DNA of 64,000 nucleotides. Origin: the human T2T-CHM13v2.0 reference genome, Homo sapiens. The notes under the pieces were generated by a model. It worked only from the letters and a program-made list of their open reading frames with translations. It was not told where the DNA came from and searched no databases. The number at the start of each line of letters is the position of its first letter. The stretch's first letter is position 1. The position numbers and the translations under genes are program-made. Below, in pieces: positions 32,298 to 46,398 of the stretch. Location of the stretch: assembly GCF_009914755.1 (NCBI RefSeq), contig NC_060945.1; one strand, 5' to 3'.

Positions 32298-32420
32298 GGG
32301 TCACAAGATCAAATTCTAGAGGAGTGAAGTGAGTAATTTGTGGAGTGAGTGACTTCAAGTATCAAGTAGTGAGTGTGGTGGTGATATGGCAGGGGCCAGA
32401 AACTGGAGAGCACAGACCTC
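32298..32420 (+). mobile_element. MER102 fragment (hAT-Charlie)
   Basis: gtggtggtgatatggc...aaactggagagcac resembles MER102. Confidence 0.5.
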
Positions 32421-32469
32421 TGAAAAATCAAATTTAATCACAATAAAATGTTGTGATTTTATTTTGAGG

Positions 32470-33217
<748 letters not shown>

Positions 33218-33599
33218 TGAGGCAAACAAAATATATTTTATAACCAAAGAGAAGCCGCTCTGTTAAATCTTCCAAGCATAAAGCCATATGTTAAGAGGCA
33301 TAGAAATAAAGCAGTACTCAGGGATTTCAAATCTAAAATCCTGATGAACACGTTGCATTTTCTGTCTAAAATAGGACTTTGCAAGGTCTAACACATATCG
33401 TTTCTGTGTTTTCTCTTATGAAGGATAAGCCTTACCAATTCCCTTCCAACTCTATGGCCAACGAGTTGAGAATATAGAGATGACTGGGATCATAAGAAAC
33501 AGTAGACTGAGCTGAGGGATTTTCTAGGCAACTACTGAGGGGGTTGGGAGGGAAGTTCTTGAGCATGTCTAACATGGAGCCAAAATATCATTTAGCCAT

Positions 33600-33810
33600 T
33601 GTGAAATGGACAGCATTGCACCTTTGGTGACAAAATACTGAGTTTGAATGTTGCCTTTACTGTTACTATGACTGGAGATATAACCAGTGGTCTCCATGCC
33701 TGTCTCCTCCTCTGCCAAATTATGTTAATATTAAAACTTCCTACTTTACCTGGTTCATATCACTCTTATGGGTAATCATGTGAGTTAACATATATGAAAA
33801 CCATTTTTAT
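33600..33810 (+). mobile_element. MIR (diverged)
   Basis: ctgagtttgaatgttgcctttactgttactatgact...atgtgagttaacatatatgaaaac. Confidence 0.5.
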
Positions 33811-33899
33811 GTATTTTTATATATATTTATTCTTCAGAATTTTTTCAGCTGCTACTTATCTACCTAAACAGAATCTAGTTATTTTTTTAAATATGTAAA

Positions 33900-33904
<5 letters not shown>

Positions 33905-33934
<30 letters not shown>
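33905..33934 (+). repeat. (TG)15 microsatellite
   Basis: Read directly from the sequence. Confidence 0.97.
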
Positions 33935-33937
<3 letters not shown>

Positions 33938-34676
33938 TCATTTGGTGATCTGTCCTTTCTAAATTTTTAATATAGTTAACTGGATTCTATCAATTTGCAT
34001 TTTAATGCAATTAAAGTAAGTATAAGTTTCTTTTTTCCATTTACTTTGAGTAAGAATAATCATGTAGAATACAGTGGATGAAAATGTTCTTTCAAGTTGG
34101 CCGGAATGTACTTTACTGGAAAGAAAATGATATAAAAAATGCACTGAATTATCACTTTCTTACCTTGAATAGAGAATGACCTTATAGAAAGATGAATTAA
34201 AATGCTTTAGAAGTTGAATGGAAACCTGCTAGTTCACTTAATAAAATGAAGCATTGACTATCCAAGGCTAGCAATGTAGAAAAAATAATTCTTATCATTC
34301 TGACTCTTGTCCTCAAGATTCACTTTCTTCTCAAGGTCTGTTGATAATAACTACTGGAGCAAGGCTGTGGGAACAGAAAAAACAGACATCGTGTGTTCTT
34401 TAAGACCCCTGCCTACTGTGGCTATAAACTTCCCTGTTTCTCTCTATATTGTCTACAGTACACCCTTCAAATCAACAGCATGAAACTTAGCACATAAAAA
34501 AGTACTTGCTATGAGATTTCTGAATGAATATAAATGTCAGAGACCAGAACGAAGCATTCAAGAGAGTTTTTACCAGTGTCTCAGAGATCAAATAAAAGGA
34601 TGCAAACATGGAAAATTCACTTTCCATTATGTATCTGGGTGGCAAATTCAGGCTCAGTTAAGAGCTCCTGTATGTA

Positions 34677-34802
34677 GGGTTACCTTCTGTTCTGGTTTGC
34701 TGGAACAGTCCCATTTATGATTTTTGTCCTAGGATTTAAAAAAATCATTTCTCTTTAAAGTCTTAAATGTAACCCAGTTTGTATGCATTGTGTGACCACT
34801 CT
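34677..34802. mobile_element. MER94 (hAT-Blackjack MITE)
   Basis: agggttacc...ctggtttgctggaacagtccc...gaccactct with degenerate TIRs. Confidence 0.65.
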
Positions 34803-36008
34803 ACATTTCGATATCCCTATTTTCATTTATAGTTTGTGGAAAGAGTCAGTCCTCCTCCACTTCTAAGGAACATCTAATATCTCCAGGATATTTTTTTGGA
34901 TTCAGGTTTTATTAATGTCTTTCATTGCAAAATGTTTCCAATTATAAAACAGTCAGAGAGCTCTGCATTAATAAACTTGCCTGTCTTTCATAAGGGCCAG
35001 AGATTTTGAAATGCCTGGTGCCCAAACATACATATGCAAACACACATACCCAGTGCTACTAGCAGGTTGTTACAACCATATCTAAAATATTCCAAATTCG
35101 GACTTGTGTGGCTCAGACCTGGGTAGAGATGAAAAACCTCATGACTGAGCTTGGAGAAAAAGCAGCTGAAGCTTAGCATCCAGGCCCAAGGGAGCAAGAC
35201 ATGGAGGCATGCTCCTGTCTAGGGTCTTCCTCCAATTCTGATGACCTGTCTAAAGAGCGTCTTCCTGTGAAAATGACTAACCTTGAGAGTAGTGATCTCA
35301 TTCAGACTATAGTCCCAATCAACTTTGAATGATTTTACTTCATGACCTCAGTAAAGAACACAAAAATAATAAAGTAAGATTAATATCTACGTAAGAAATA
35401 CACATTACCACTGCATAGATTATGTCCAGTATAATAGGATAGGCCTACGTCAGTTTGTAAAAACTTTATTAATGGAAGTTTTGTTGTCCTGTTCTATAAT
35501 CGTATGGCATTCTTATACTTATGAATGTGAGCTATTTATGTCACATCTCGTGTCTTCTGTTTGTCAAAATGGTTCACCATTAGAGGCTGGGCCTTTAACT
35601 ACTACTAATTATTAATACAATGGCTTACACACTCTCATAAGTGGCCACTAAAGAGAGAATTCACATGCTTTTAATTATATTGCTGTGCATATTAACGCAA
35701 GATAATTTTTGCCACTCCATGAAGACTGCCCCCGAATTGTCAGGGATTCCAAGAAAGAAAATGTCTCTGTCTCTGTCTCTCTCTTTTTAATTCTCAAGGA
35801 GGCAGCCCAAAAGAGAAAGAGAAGAGAGTAATAAACCAAGGTAAAGTTAAGATGGGACTAACTCAGCTGACAGATAACAATCCCCATGAAACCCAGGCTT
35901 GACCCCTAGTAACAATGCCATGAAAGAATAGATAGAAATGCACTTTGAAAAAGATGACACTTTAGAACATAATCAAATGGACTTGCATGGGTCACAACAC
36001 ATCCTTCA

Positions 36009-36089
36009 TACCAGGAAACGCTGCGTGAGGGTTCTCAGAAGTCGCATGACTCATATAGTCCGTCAACTCTCAGGAATGGGTTCTGAGAA
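36009..36089. promoter_or_regulatory. Candidate enhancer: two GAS/STAT sites flanking AP-1, plus an AhR XRE core
   Basis: TTCTCAGAA 36032-36040, TGACTCA 36047-36053, TTCTGAGAA 36081-36089, TGCGTG 36022-36027; motif evidence only. Confidence 0.4.
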
Positions 36090-37417
36090 TTCCAAGTAAG
36101 ACAACCCCATGCCAGAAAAAAAAAAAAAAAAAGCCTTGAAATCTTTATTGTATTTCATTAACAGTTTTTCTAGCTGTTACTTTTCAACGTTTAAGAAATA
36201 AAGAAGATAGAAACCAATAGGTGGCCAGATAAAACTGTCAAATGCAATTTATAAAGCCTTAGAACTTTCTGGTCACTGTGAAACATAAAAACATAAAATC
36301 AGATTCATAGAAAATGCAGACTATAAACATTTTTTTTTTGCTGTTTAACTTACCACAATGCTATCTTGTATTTTACAGGAAATCATTTGACTCAATTAGT
36401 GACAAAAATGAAAACATGATTGTCTTAAAAAATAGTTCTAATTAATGTGGTCCTTCATTTTTTTTTTTTTTTTTTTGAAGTGTCAACCCTCCCAAAAGCA
36501 TTTTGGTTCCATCTTTGAGAAATAAAATTAGTCTTATAAACTGTGTGTGTGTTTGTGTGTGTGAGAGAGTTTTCTTGTCTGATACTTTTCTAACCCTAGA
36601 CCACAGATTCTCGGGTGTAGTGATAATATGTGTATAGATCTTCTCCAACATTATCTATCAGAGTGCATATTAATGAGTGGATAATTGGAGAATACTTTTT
36701 TATGATTTTAATATATATTTTCACTTTCAAAGCAGTTTGACAACAGAATGCCCTAATGAAAGTGAAACTTAATGAGAGACTACTGATACTTCCTAATACC
36801 GTGTGTGCGGATTACTAAGCACATCTCCAAAGTGAAACAACTTTCCCATTTTCATCCCATTTCTTTGCCATACACGTGTATAATTTATTTTATTGATTAT
36901 TAGGAAATATGAGAAGACTATGAATATGAGTTTATTATCCAATTTAGAGAAGTTTATATTTGAGCTGATATGAAATAGTTTATACCTAAAGCAGTGCAAT
37001 TCCCCAAGATCATGATTTTCAGTTATGCTGCTCCCACTGCCTTTTTGTAAGGAATACTCCTAATGACACAGGTGCCACGGCCTGTGACCAGTAGGCGAAT
37101 GCCAGAATCACAAAACAGCAAGTTTACATCCTGGGAATCCCAGCTTAGGCAATCTGAATATGACTTCATAACAACAAATGACTATGAAATTCTGACAAAC
37201 TAAAGGACAATAGTGATATGTTTGTGTAGTGAATTAATGGAAAGAAAAGTATTATCCAGAAGGATAGAAGCTGGAAGACTCAGGCTGATTAAATATTCAC
37301 TAGATGGATATCTCTGATGCTTAAACTTGGGTACACAATGTAGTTCAACCCCAGTTTTTGTTAATATTCATTGTTGTAATCTTCCACAGCATGTTTAATG
37401 AAGTAGATAATGTAAAG

Positions 37418-37760
37418 CAGTGGTTCATTCCTAGCTGCACGATTGAATCCTTTAAGGAGATGCAGTCACTCCAGATTTTCTTTTTCCAGTATTCTAGAGC
37501 AGCAGGTCTCAAATAATGGTCTCTGGACTTACAGCTTCAGCATCATCTGGGGAATTTTTAGAAATCTGAATTCTCAGATATTTCTCTAGACCTTCTAAAT
37601 CAGAAAATATGGATGGGTCTCAAAATCGTGTTAAAAAAAGACTTCCAGGTGGTCTAACTGTATCCCAAACTTGAGAATCAGTATCTGGGATGAGGTCTAT
37701 GCATCAGTGTCGCTTAAATGTTTCTTGCAAGTCTCATGGAATCTGGAGTTGAGAAGCACA
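37418..37760. mobile_element. MER5B-like MITE with a MER5A nested at about 37500-37681
   Basis: Outer cagtggttc...ttgagaagcac; inner cagcaggtctcaaa...cagcatcatctgggga...aaacttgagaatca. Confidence 0.65.
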
Positions 37761-37792
37761 AGCCTTACAGGACCTTCTTTAAAAGGGGAAGG

Positions 37793-38060
37793 AGCATAGC
37801 ATAGTGGTTTTAGAGAGTCGTGAGGAGCCAAGGCTGGCTTTGGAGCTGGAATATCAGGGTTAAAATTCATGTTCCTCCACTTCCCAGTTTTGTGACTTTG
37901 TATAAATTAATCTGTGCTTCAGTTTACCACCATATAAATCTGGTGATAATAATTGTACACATTTCTTAGTGTAGTTGTGATGATTAAATAGGCCAAGAAA
38001 TGTAAAGCACCTAAAATAGTGCCTGGCACCAAATAAATGCTCAATAAATGTGAGCTAGAA
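37793..38060 (+). mobile_element. MIR, near full length
   Basis: agcatagcatagtggtt...gattaaatag...tgtaaagcacctaaaatagtgcctggcac...gctcaataaatg. Confidence 0.85.
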
Positions 38061-38113
38061 TACTTATCATTAAAGTATTATAATTACATGCCTTGAATAT
38101 AAAGCAAATATCC

Positions 38114-38448
<335 letters not shown>

Positions 38449-41388
38449 TAATTAATTTTGAATAGGTTGAACTTAAAACAAATAAATTAGGTTAAGTTCT
38501 CAAACTTTTAACTTGCAGTAATGAAAACTCTTAAATATTTATAAGTGGATATTTTCCATTTCACCTATATCTATTAAAAATATTATCAGTGTAGGATGGA
38601 TGAATTTCTAGGACATATATTTCATCATATTTTTATCAGGGTATATCAGATATGGTTATTTGCCACTGTGACCATCACTATCAATAACAGTTGTTTGTCT
38701 CCAATTTCACAGGCTACTCCAATCTTCAGTTTTTAACCTGGAGTCCAAGAGCACCAACTTTAATGGATTGAACTCTATATGAATATAGTTGGTGTTTTTG
38801 AAACTCTCTTTGATTTTATAGATTTAAATTACAATTCTGAGTTAGAGTCACTAGACTGTCAAATGAATTCTTGGCACAAATATTTTGAAAATTAAAATAT
38901 GAAGGACTCCCGTGTAAGAGGAATCAGACTTTTAAATTAATTGGCTCCTTTTACCTATGGCCTTTGCTTTGTCTTGTTTTCTTGCCTCTCTTGTTAATTA
39001 CTACCTCTAGATCTGCTTATTATTCATTTATGCTCACATATTTCACCAAGAAAATCTGAAAAACAAATCTGTTTAAGATAAGAATATGCAGTTTTTGAAA
39101 GCCTGTAAGTGTAAACCACCCAGACTTTCCACACCTGGATTTAATGGCATTTGTTTTTGCCTGTACAAAGTTCCTTTGGAGTATCATTTCATATGTACAG
39201 TAATGATGTCAGGGTAAGTGAATTTAGAACTGCTTATACAATTGTCCAGTAGTCTGATTTCCTACAGGTTACAAATTTTGTATCATTCATTCCTGGATCA
39301 CAGAATCTATTGCATTTCCTAATACATACTATATGCTCAATCAAGAGTTTATGAGTGAAGAAATTATAACAACTTTAGGAGATGCTGCTTTTCTGTAGAA
39401 GTTCTGTAATAGGCAACAGTGTAAGTAATTAAAATATCAGTATTTGAAGCAGATAAGACTGAAGATTTTTTCCTGATTACTTCTTAAAGTGTGTAGGTAT
39501 TGAGATCTTTTTATGTTTTATCATTGTGGTCCAGATTGGTTAGTTTATGACTGTAGAGGCTTATTTATAACTTAAGTTTATTAAGTATTCATTTTACATG
39601 AGTTCTTCCTTTGAGCTATGCCAATATGTAATCAGTTTACTTACAACCATAAGATTTTTTCTTGTTTGTTTCCTCTTATTAATGAACAAATCACTTTGAT
39701 AATGTGGCAGAATACTTACCGTAGTTAACACTGGAAGTTACTCATTCAACAAGTGTCTATTGAGTATCAACAAGTGTCTTCTAACATACGTGTTTACCTT
39801 TACCTCCAGTTACTGCACATGATCCATCTTCAATTTTGACATAGGTGTATTTGCTGAGTCAGAGCTCACATATAAGTGATTCTACCTTTATCTCCCTTGG
39901 TTCTTACAATTTTAGCATCTTGCTCTTTGATGTCTACTGCTGCTGCCATCTTGGCATAGCAATTATTTATAGACAGCCATGCCATGTAATAAAAATATAA
40001 ATATTATTATTTATGATGCCCTAGTTATTGCTGGATTTATTTATGTGGTCATATTTTATTTTTGAGATTTTCGGTAGCTTTCTTATACAGGGTACTTGAT
40101 ACAGAACACACTATTTAACCTTGTGTTGCATAATGTTTTTAAATCAATTTGACAAAGGGATTTCTTTGGAAGAAAGATATTTGTTTTGTTCGCTGTTTTG
40201 TAAATAACATTTTCAAACTTGTTATGCTTTTTAAGGCTGAAAAGAAAGCCATATTGGAAATTAGAGTTGGATTCTAGCCAATATTCTGACAAGGTGTCAT
40301 CTAACCTTGACATTCAGATTAACACAGATCCCTTAGTTTCTACCATGAATATTTACATATACCAAAGTTCAACTGTCCACTTTATTTGAAAGAACCTTTA
40401 TCAGACTGCTGATACATCTACTCTCTATTATATAGAAAAATATTTTAGAAAAATTGGGCTATTGCCAATTTATTCATATCATTGCATATGGCCATCTGGA
40501 AAATGTTTTTCTTAATTGCTTTTTGGTGTGTTATGCACAGCAAGGAGCTGCTGTAACTCTCCTGACTACAATTTTCATATAAATATAGAACGTATCCTTT
40601 TTAAGTAGATATTTCCACTTTCCGTTCACTCTTTGCCTCCTTTGTGTAAGTTCGAACTCTCCTTTTTCTAAGCACACATATCATTCACTTTAATAATGGA
40701 CTTCTGAGATATTTGATGGAAGTTTCTGCAAAATAACATATATATATATATGCAAGTGAACATTCACGTGTATATGTATATGTGTGACATGTGCACACAA
40801 GAAAGAGTCTAACGGTAAACCGTATTCATTTCTTGTTCTCCTAATCTACCATTAATGGTGTGGATATTATATTTCACCTGCCGACAAAAATTAAATATAT
40901 TTTAATACACAAACTGAACATTTGTTTATTTCCTACATGCACCTGCAGGCTTTTCATCACAATTTTCTCATAAAACTGTATTTAGTTTTTGCATTGTTTG
41001 TCAACATGTCAGAATTAACTGTGACACTTTAAAATTGTATTTTAATTTATATTAGTCTGTGGATACTACTGCGTACCAGTGGAATCAGAATCTGATGGAG
41101 TGTAGCCTTTATTTTGGGGGCATTCTGATGTATATTATCTTTGTTTAAGACCTGTTTCGTTGTGTACATTATGTGGCTTATATCTTGTTTTAAGTTTAGA
41201 TAATTTTTAATAACTAGTGACACATTATAAAGCCTACACTTTTTTTCATTTAAAATGGAAAACAAGGAAATGCAATTAACAGTATAAATTATTTGTGTTT
41301 ATATAGTTGACTATTTAGAAGAAATATCCAGGATCTTTAATTTTTTTTAAGGAAAAACTTTAAACTTTCAAGAAATGTTAGGAGTGAT

Positions 41389-41751
41389 TTTCTTACTCTA
41401 TTCAGCAGCTATAAGAAAATACCATAGACTGAGGTAGCCTATAAGCAGCAGAGATGTATTTCACACAGTTGTGGAAGCTGCAAAGTCCAAGATTAGGTGT
41501 CAGCAGATTTGGTATCTGGCGAGGATCAGTCTTCTGTTTCACAAATGGCACCTTTTAGTGGTGCACTCACATGGTAGAATGGACTAGGTAGCTCTCTGTG
41601 GCTTATTATATAAGGGTTCTAATCCCATTCATGAAAGCTTTGCCCTCATAACTTAGTTAGTTCCCAAAAGTCCAACTCCTGAAACTATTACATTGGTGAT
41701 TAGGTGTCAATATATGACATTTAAGGGGACCCAAACATTCAGATTGTAGCA
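41389..41751 (-). mobile_element. MLT1A0-like MaLR solo LTR
   Basis: gctataagaaaataccatagactg...aagtccaagat...ctaatcccattcatga...caaacattcagattgtagca. Confidence 0.85.
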
Positions 41752-44700
41752 GTACTCTTAGCAACTTATTCAATTTCATCTCTTCTAAAATATGTACTGT
41801 GCTTTTTAGGACATCATAGGTGATTAGCAAATGTTAATTAAGTGAATGAAGAGTATTCAGAGTAGCGTGTGGGAGATAGAATGATGGTTAACTTGGATTT
41901 TGTTTCCATTTGTAATACATTAAGTTTCATATCACAGTTATAAATTCTTATTTTGTAATAATAAATTCACCATTACACCTTAGGTAGGACAGAATTTTTA
42001 CAACATAAAGTTGTGAAAGCTCTTGAAAACTTCTGTTATCACTTAACTGTTCAAACAGCCTTCAAAAACTTATTTAAATTAGTTGTGTATGGAAGAATAT
42101 AAAAGTAGATTCACCTAATTATAATTGATTCACCTAATTATTCTAAACTAATTATAATCCATGATGCTGCTATGACCTTGCAGAAAGACTCCTTAGCATG
42201 TTGAAATATCATATAGTCTTACTGGGTTTGAACATTTAATGGCATCACGAACACCACCCGCAATAAATTCATGGGGCAAAACAAGCTTTAAGAACCTACG
42301 TGTAGGGAACGGAGTTTGTTTTTATGGCTTTAGGTTACAGGTGTTGTTATATGCTTCTGCGACATAAAATTACATGTTTTATAACTTTTTCAATTTTGTC
42401 ACAATTAGGAATGTAGGATATCTTAAATTTGTACCTTAGTTCTTTGGTATAGAAATTGGAGAAAATGTAACTATTTTTGTAAGCCTTATTAATTAAAGGA
42501 TGAATGCATGCATGTATTCAACAGGAACCCAATGGAATAATATAAAGTGCTTCTTGGTCTGGTATCTATAACATTTACAGTTAAATCAGATTATTATAGA
42601 TATTAAATTATGTATTATTAAAACTGTAAGCAAATAATTTGCCCATGGATGAAGAGATGGCCAATATCCTTTTCTTTAGACTATACAAGGTATTTATCAG
42701 TATCTCAACAAGCCAAAACCACATCCGTTCACATTTTTAAGAATTTTCACATTTACTTTAGAAAATCAAAAATTAAACTATAGACATTGTGATTATTATT
42801 GAATGTTAACATAAAATGGAGATGTAGTGCAAGACACCTTATCAGTTATGTAGTCGTAATTGTTTGCATGCATACAGCATTTAACACACATTAATCAGAA
42901 TATTGTTATGTTAAAATAAAATTTGTCTTATTCATTGGGAAAAGCTTTAGCGTTCTCGAGCTTTAATTTAAAGAGTGGGAAATAATGTGTACAATGGTAA
43001 TTTTTGGCACTCAGGAAGAAGCAGAATGTTATCTGTCTTGGATGTTATTATTGCTCTGTATATCTGCACAATTTTCCTGTGATCTACCACTAGGGCAGGT
43101 GTTGAGAGATGGAACTTGAATACTCAATGGAAATTAAAGATACTGTGTTTGAATCTGTCATGCCAAGCAAGGATTCAAGACTGTGACTGTAACACAAGAG
43201 AACAAAACAGGAATGTAAACTATTTGAACTAAGGTGTAAGTTGGGGCTTTCCCACAGAGAATTTAATAAGGTCCTGACTATTGGGAACAGGACACAAAGT
43301 TATTGATGGCTTATAAAAATCTCTGACCTGCAAGTGCAAACTTGAGCTATGGGTTATGTAGATGATTCAGGTACCCATTCCAAATACCTATTCCAGGATG
43401 GCATGAGGACTGGCCAATCAACAGGAGACTGAGAGTATGTGAGGACAGAAAACTAAAACTTTAAATATAGGAAGACACTCCCCTCCCCAAATAGTAAAAT
43501 ATCATTATAACTCATATGCATAAAAATTGGCTGACCACTAAATATTACACTTGAATGTAAACTGCATATTATCAGGGCAATACAGATGCTTTAGTCTCTT
43601 CCTTTTCATATGACTTGTCAAGAAGAATTAAACAGAAGCTCTGAAACATTGAGTTAATTGTGCTTTTTAATGGGTTCTGTAAAACAGGTATGACTGTCAT
43701 TCTTCCAACTTAAATAAACAAAACTATGCCTATGAATTATTAAATAGCTGTTTAATACATTATTAAATTTTTGCTTCTGTGAACTTGAGTAACCAAATTA
43801 ATTGAAATGCTGTGTTAGATCATAAGCCCCTTTGAAGTTAATTACAATCAGTTGCTAGAAAGAATTTTCCAAGATATATTGAAAATATACCAAGCTATAA
43901 ATACTTCCAAGGTATAAATTACAATAAAAAATGTTTAAAGTGGAATGTAACAATGGACAATGGTGTATGACCTTGAGTCAACTGACAATGAATAAAATAG
44001 AACATATTAAAAGTATGTTTTAATTATCACTTCAAACCATTTAAATGTCTTTAGACTAATAAAATCCAATCTGTACTAGGCAGCAGGGGAGGGTGGAATT
44101 GATGTCTCTGTTGTAATATTAATACCAGTTAGAAGACTTTGTAATATTTAGAGCCCAAGTGTGCTGACATCTACAAAATGTCATAATTTTATTTCTTGTT
44201 TTCAATGTTAGGATGACCTTGGGTAAAAGACAGCATCTTTTTATTTTAGCTTCTTTATGGTAAAATATACATGGTTGTAAGTTTCAGCTTTCATTCAGTG
44301 GGTTTATTTGATGATATCAGATTCTGATTCTAAAACCGTGAAAACTTGAAATGTGGAACTGCCTATGTGGAGATTATTGTAGAGGAGACCTTAAGAAAAA
44401 AAAAATCTTTGACATTTTCTTCCTGTACCTGCTTAGCTTATAGGCAAAAATCACCACAGAAAAATAAGTGACAATTTAATTCTTAAAACTCCCAATATAA
44501 TTTTCCCATTGCATCATTTTATATCATGCTCAGTAAGTTTTTAGATTCAACCTAAAATTATCTTATATTTATAAATATTTTCTTCTTTTTCTTTGTTCTA
44601 TGTTCAATAACATAAACCTGGTTGAGATTGAGCTATAAGATTTGTATCCTTAATAGGCAGGGGTTGAACAGGATCATTTTTTTTTAACCTGGACTGGCAC

Positions 44701-44928
44701 ATTGATGCCTCATCTGTGTTGTGATTTAATGTAAAAATAATTCTGAATCTGTGAAATATATTGATTTTTTACTTTAATGTGATTGCTTTATCGACACCTT
44801 GATGTTCCCCACTCTCAGCGTCCTATTAAGAGATAACTTTGAGAACATCAAATGGTAATAGTCCCTAGGCTAGGGTCAGGAATTTATTGCCATTTCTAGG
44901 GTTGATAATGGGTTTAGCTTGGGTTTTA

Positions 44929-45202
44929 TTTATTTACTTACGAGATTGGTCTTGCTGTGTCACCCAGGCTGGATTGCAGTGGCACGATCACAGCTCACCA
45001 CAGCCTCGAACTTCTAGACTCAAGTAATCCTCCTGTCTCATCTTCCCAGATAGCTCCGACTATAGATGTACAACACAATGCCCAGTTAATTTATTTATTT
45101 TTATTTTTTTCGGAAAGACTGGGTCTTGCTATGTTTTCCAGTCTCAAATCCCTTGACCTCCCAAAGTGGTGGGGTTACAGGTGTGAGCCACCATGCCTGG
45201 CC
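44929..45202 (-). mobile_element. AluJ with an internal deletion
   Basis: Diverged dimer; perfect 14-bp TSD tagcttgggtttta at 44915-44928 and 45203-45216. Confidence 0.93.
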
Positions 45203-46247
45203 TAGCTTGGGTTTTAAAGTATAGTGAGGCATCTGGTATGGGTGGGAGCTTGTGCTGGTCACATGAGGCAGGATGGGAAAAGGGCAGGGAGACTTGCAGC
45301 TAGTCATGGAAGTGGGTCCATCAACAAAGGTATAGGTTATTGCAGAGGTTGTCTGTTATAAAATGCTATTCTTTTATAGTCTGCTATCATGAAAGCTCTG
45401 ATTGTCTGCTCTGTGTTAAAAAATTAAAAGATACGTGTGTTCTACACATAAGATGGAATATACAATGGCTGAGTAGTGTCCCTCAGAAAACTGAGAAGAA
45501 GAAACAGTGGCAGACACTAGCCGAATCTTGCTATGTTCCCCAAAGATGGTACTTGCCACATTATTACTTTCCCCTCAACCCCCAAAGACAGTAACATGGC
45601 ATTATGGTAAGATATTGCGACTAAAACATCCCGGAAAACTTGTCCAAGCACATACTTAGAATTTCTTAGCAATAACTCAGGATTAGTATGGGATTGGAAG
45701 GGCTGGCCGACTTTCCATTGTGGAAGTCAAGAGCTCATACTCCATAATGTGTCTTAGAGGAGGACACAGAAAATAAACAATGGCTTTTCATGCCATGAAA
45801 TAATGGAAATGCATTGATAGATCAAACTTGAATGTGCAATACATTGTTTTCTGTTATCTCTAATCAAATACATGTTACATTGAGACATTTTATTAGAAAA
45901 ATGGGTTAATTTGGCAAGACTGTATCCATTGCTAAATATTGCCTCTTTTGTACTTACTGAACTTAGGCAATAGATTGAAAACATAAAACGTTAAAATGCA
46001 GTGTTTATTTACAAACGGAAATAATTCTAAACTACCTGATCATTTGAGGTTCATAACCTGAAAACACTTTAATCACCTAGATTCTATAAGCTGAGGAATT
46101 AATTTATTTAACAATTTTCAAAATACTGAGATATTTAAGAGCACCAGGACACTCCATGACATATTTACTGTAAGAATTCTTCATGAAGTACAAGTAATTA
46201 AAAACTCAAAGGGTGTAAGAGACTTAAAGAACAATTTCTTCTTTCAG

Positions 46248-46398
46248 AGTTATTTGAAGAGTACCACGATGGTGAGATCTGATTCAGGAGGACAAGTTTA
46301 CCTTGATTATCACAACAGGCAAGGTCTCTTTGTTGACTGGAAATACAACGAAGCACTTTATCTTGAAGAAGGGCAACCAGAGACTTATTACAGGACAG
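46248..46398 (+). CDS. Candidate coding exon of an unidentified gene: SYLKSTTMVRSDSGGQVYLDYHNRQGLFVDWKYNEALYLEEGQPETYYRT
   Basis: Acceptor atttcttctttcag|, 151 nt open in frame 0, donor CAG|gtcagc, Kozak-like accacgATGG at 46269, non-repetitive sequence. Protein not recognised. Confidence 0.35.

Noticed and set aside
36116-36477. Orphan A17 and T20 runs as possible processed-pseudogene tails
   Set aside because: No polyadenylation signal at the right distance, no TSDs and no recognisable body.
45702-45729. ggctggccgac... hairpin as a Y RNA-like start
   Set aside because: Similarity ends after about 10 nt; no matching 3' stem or U tail.
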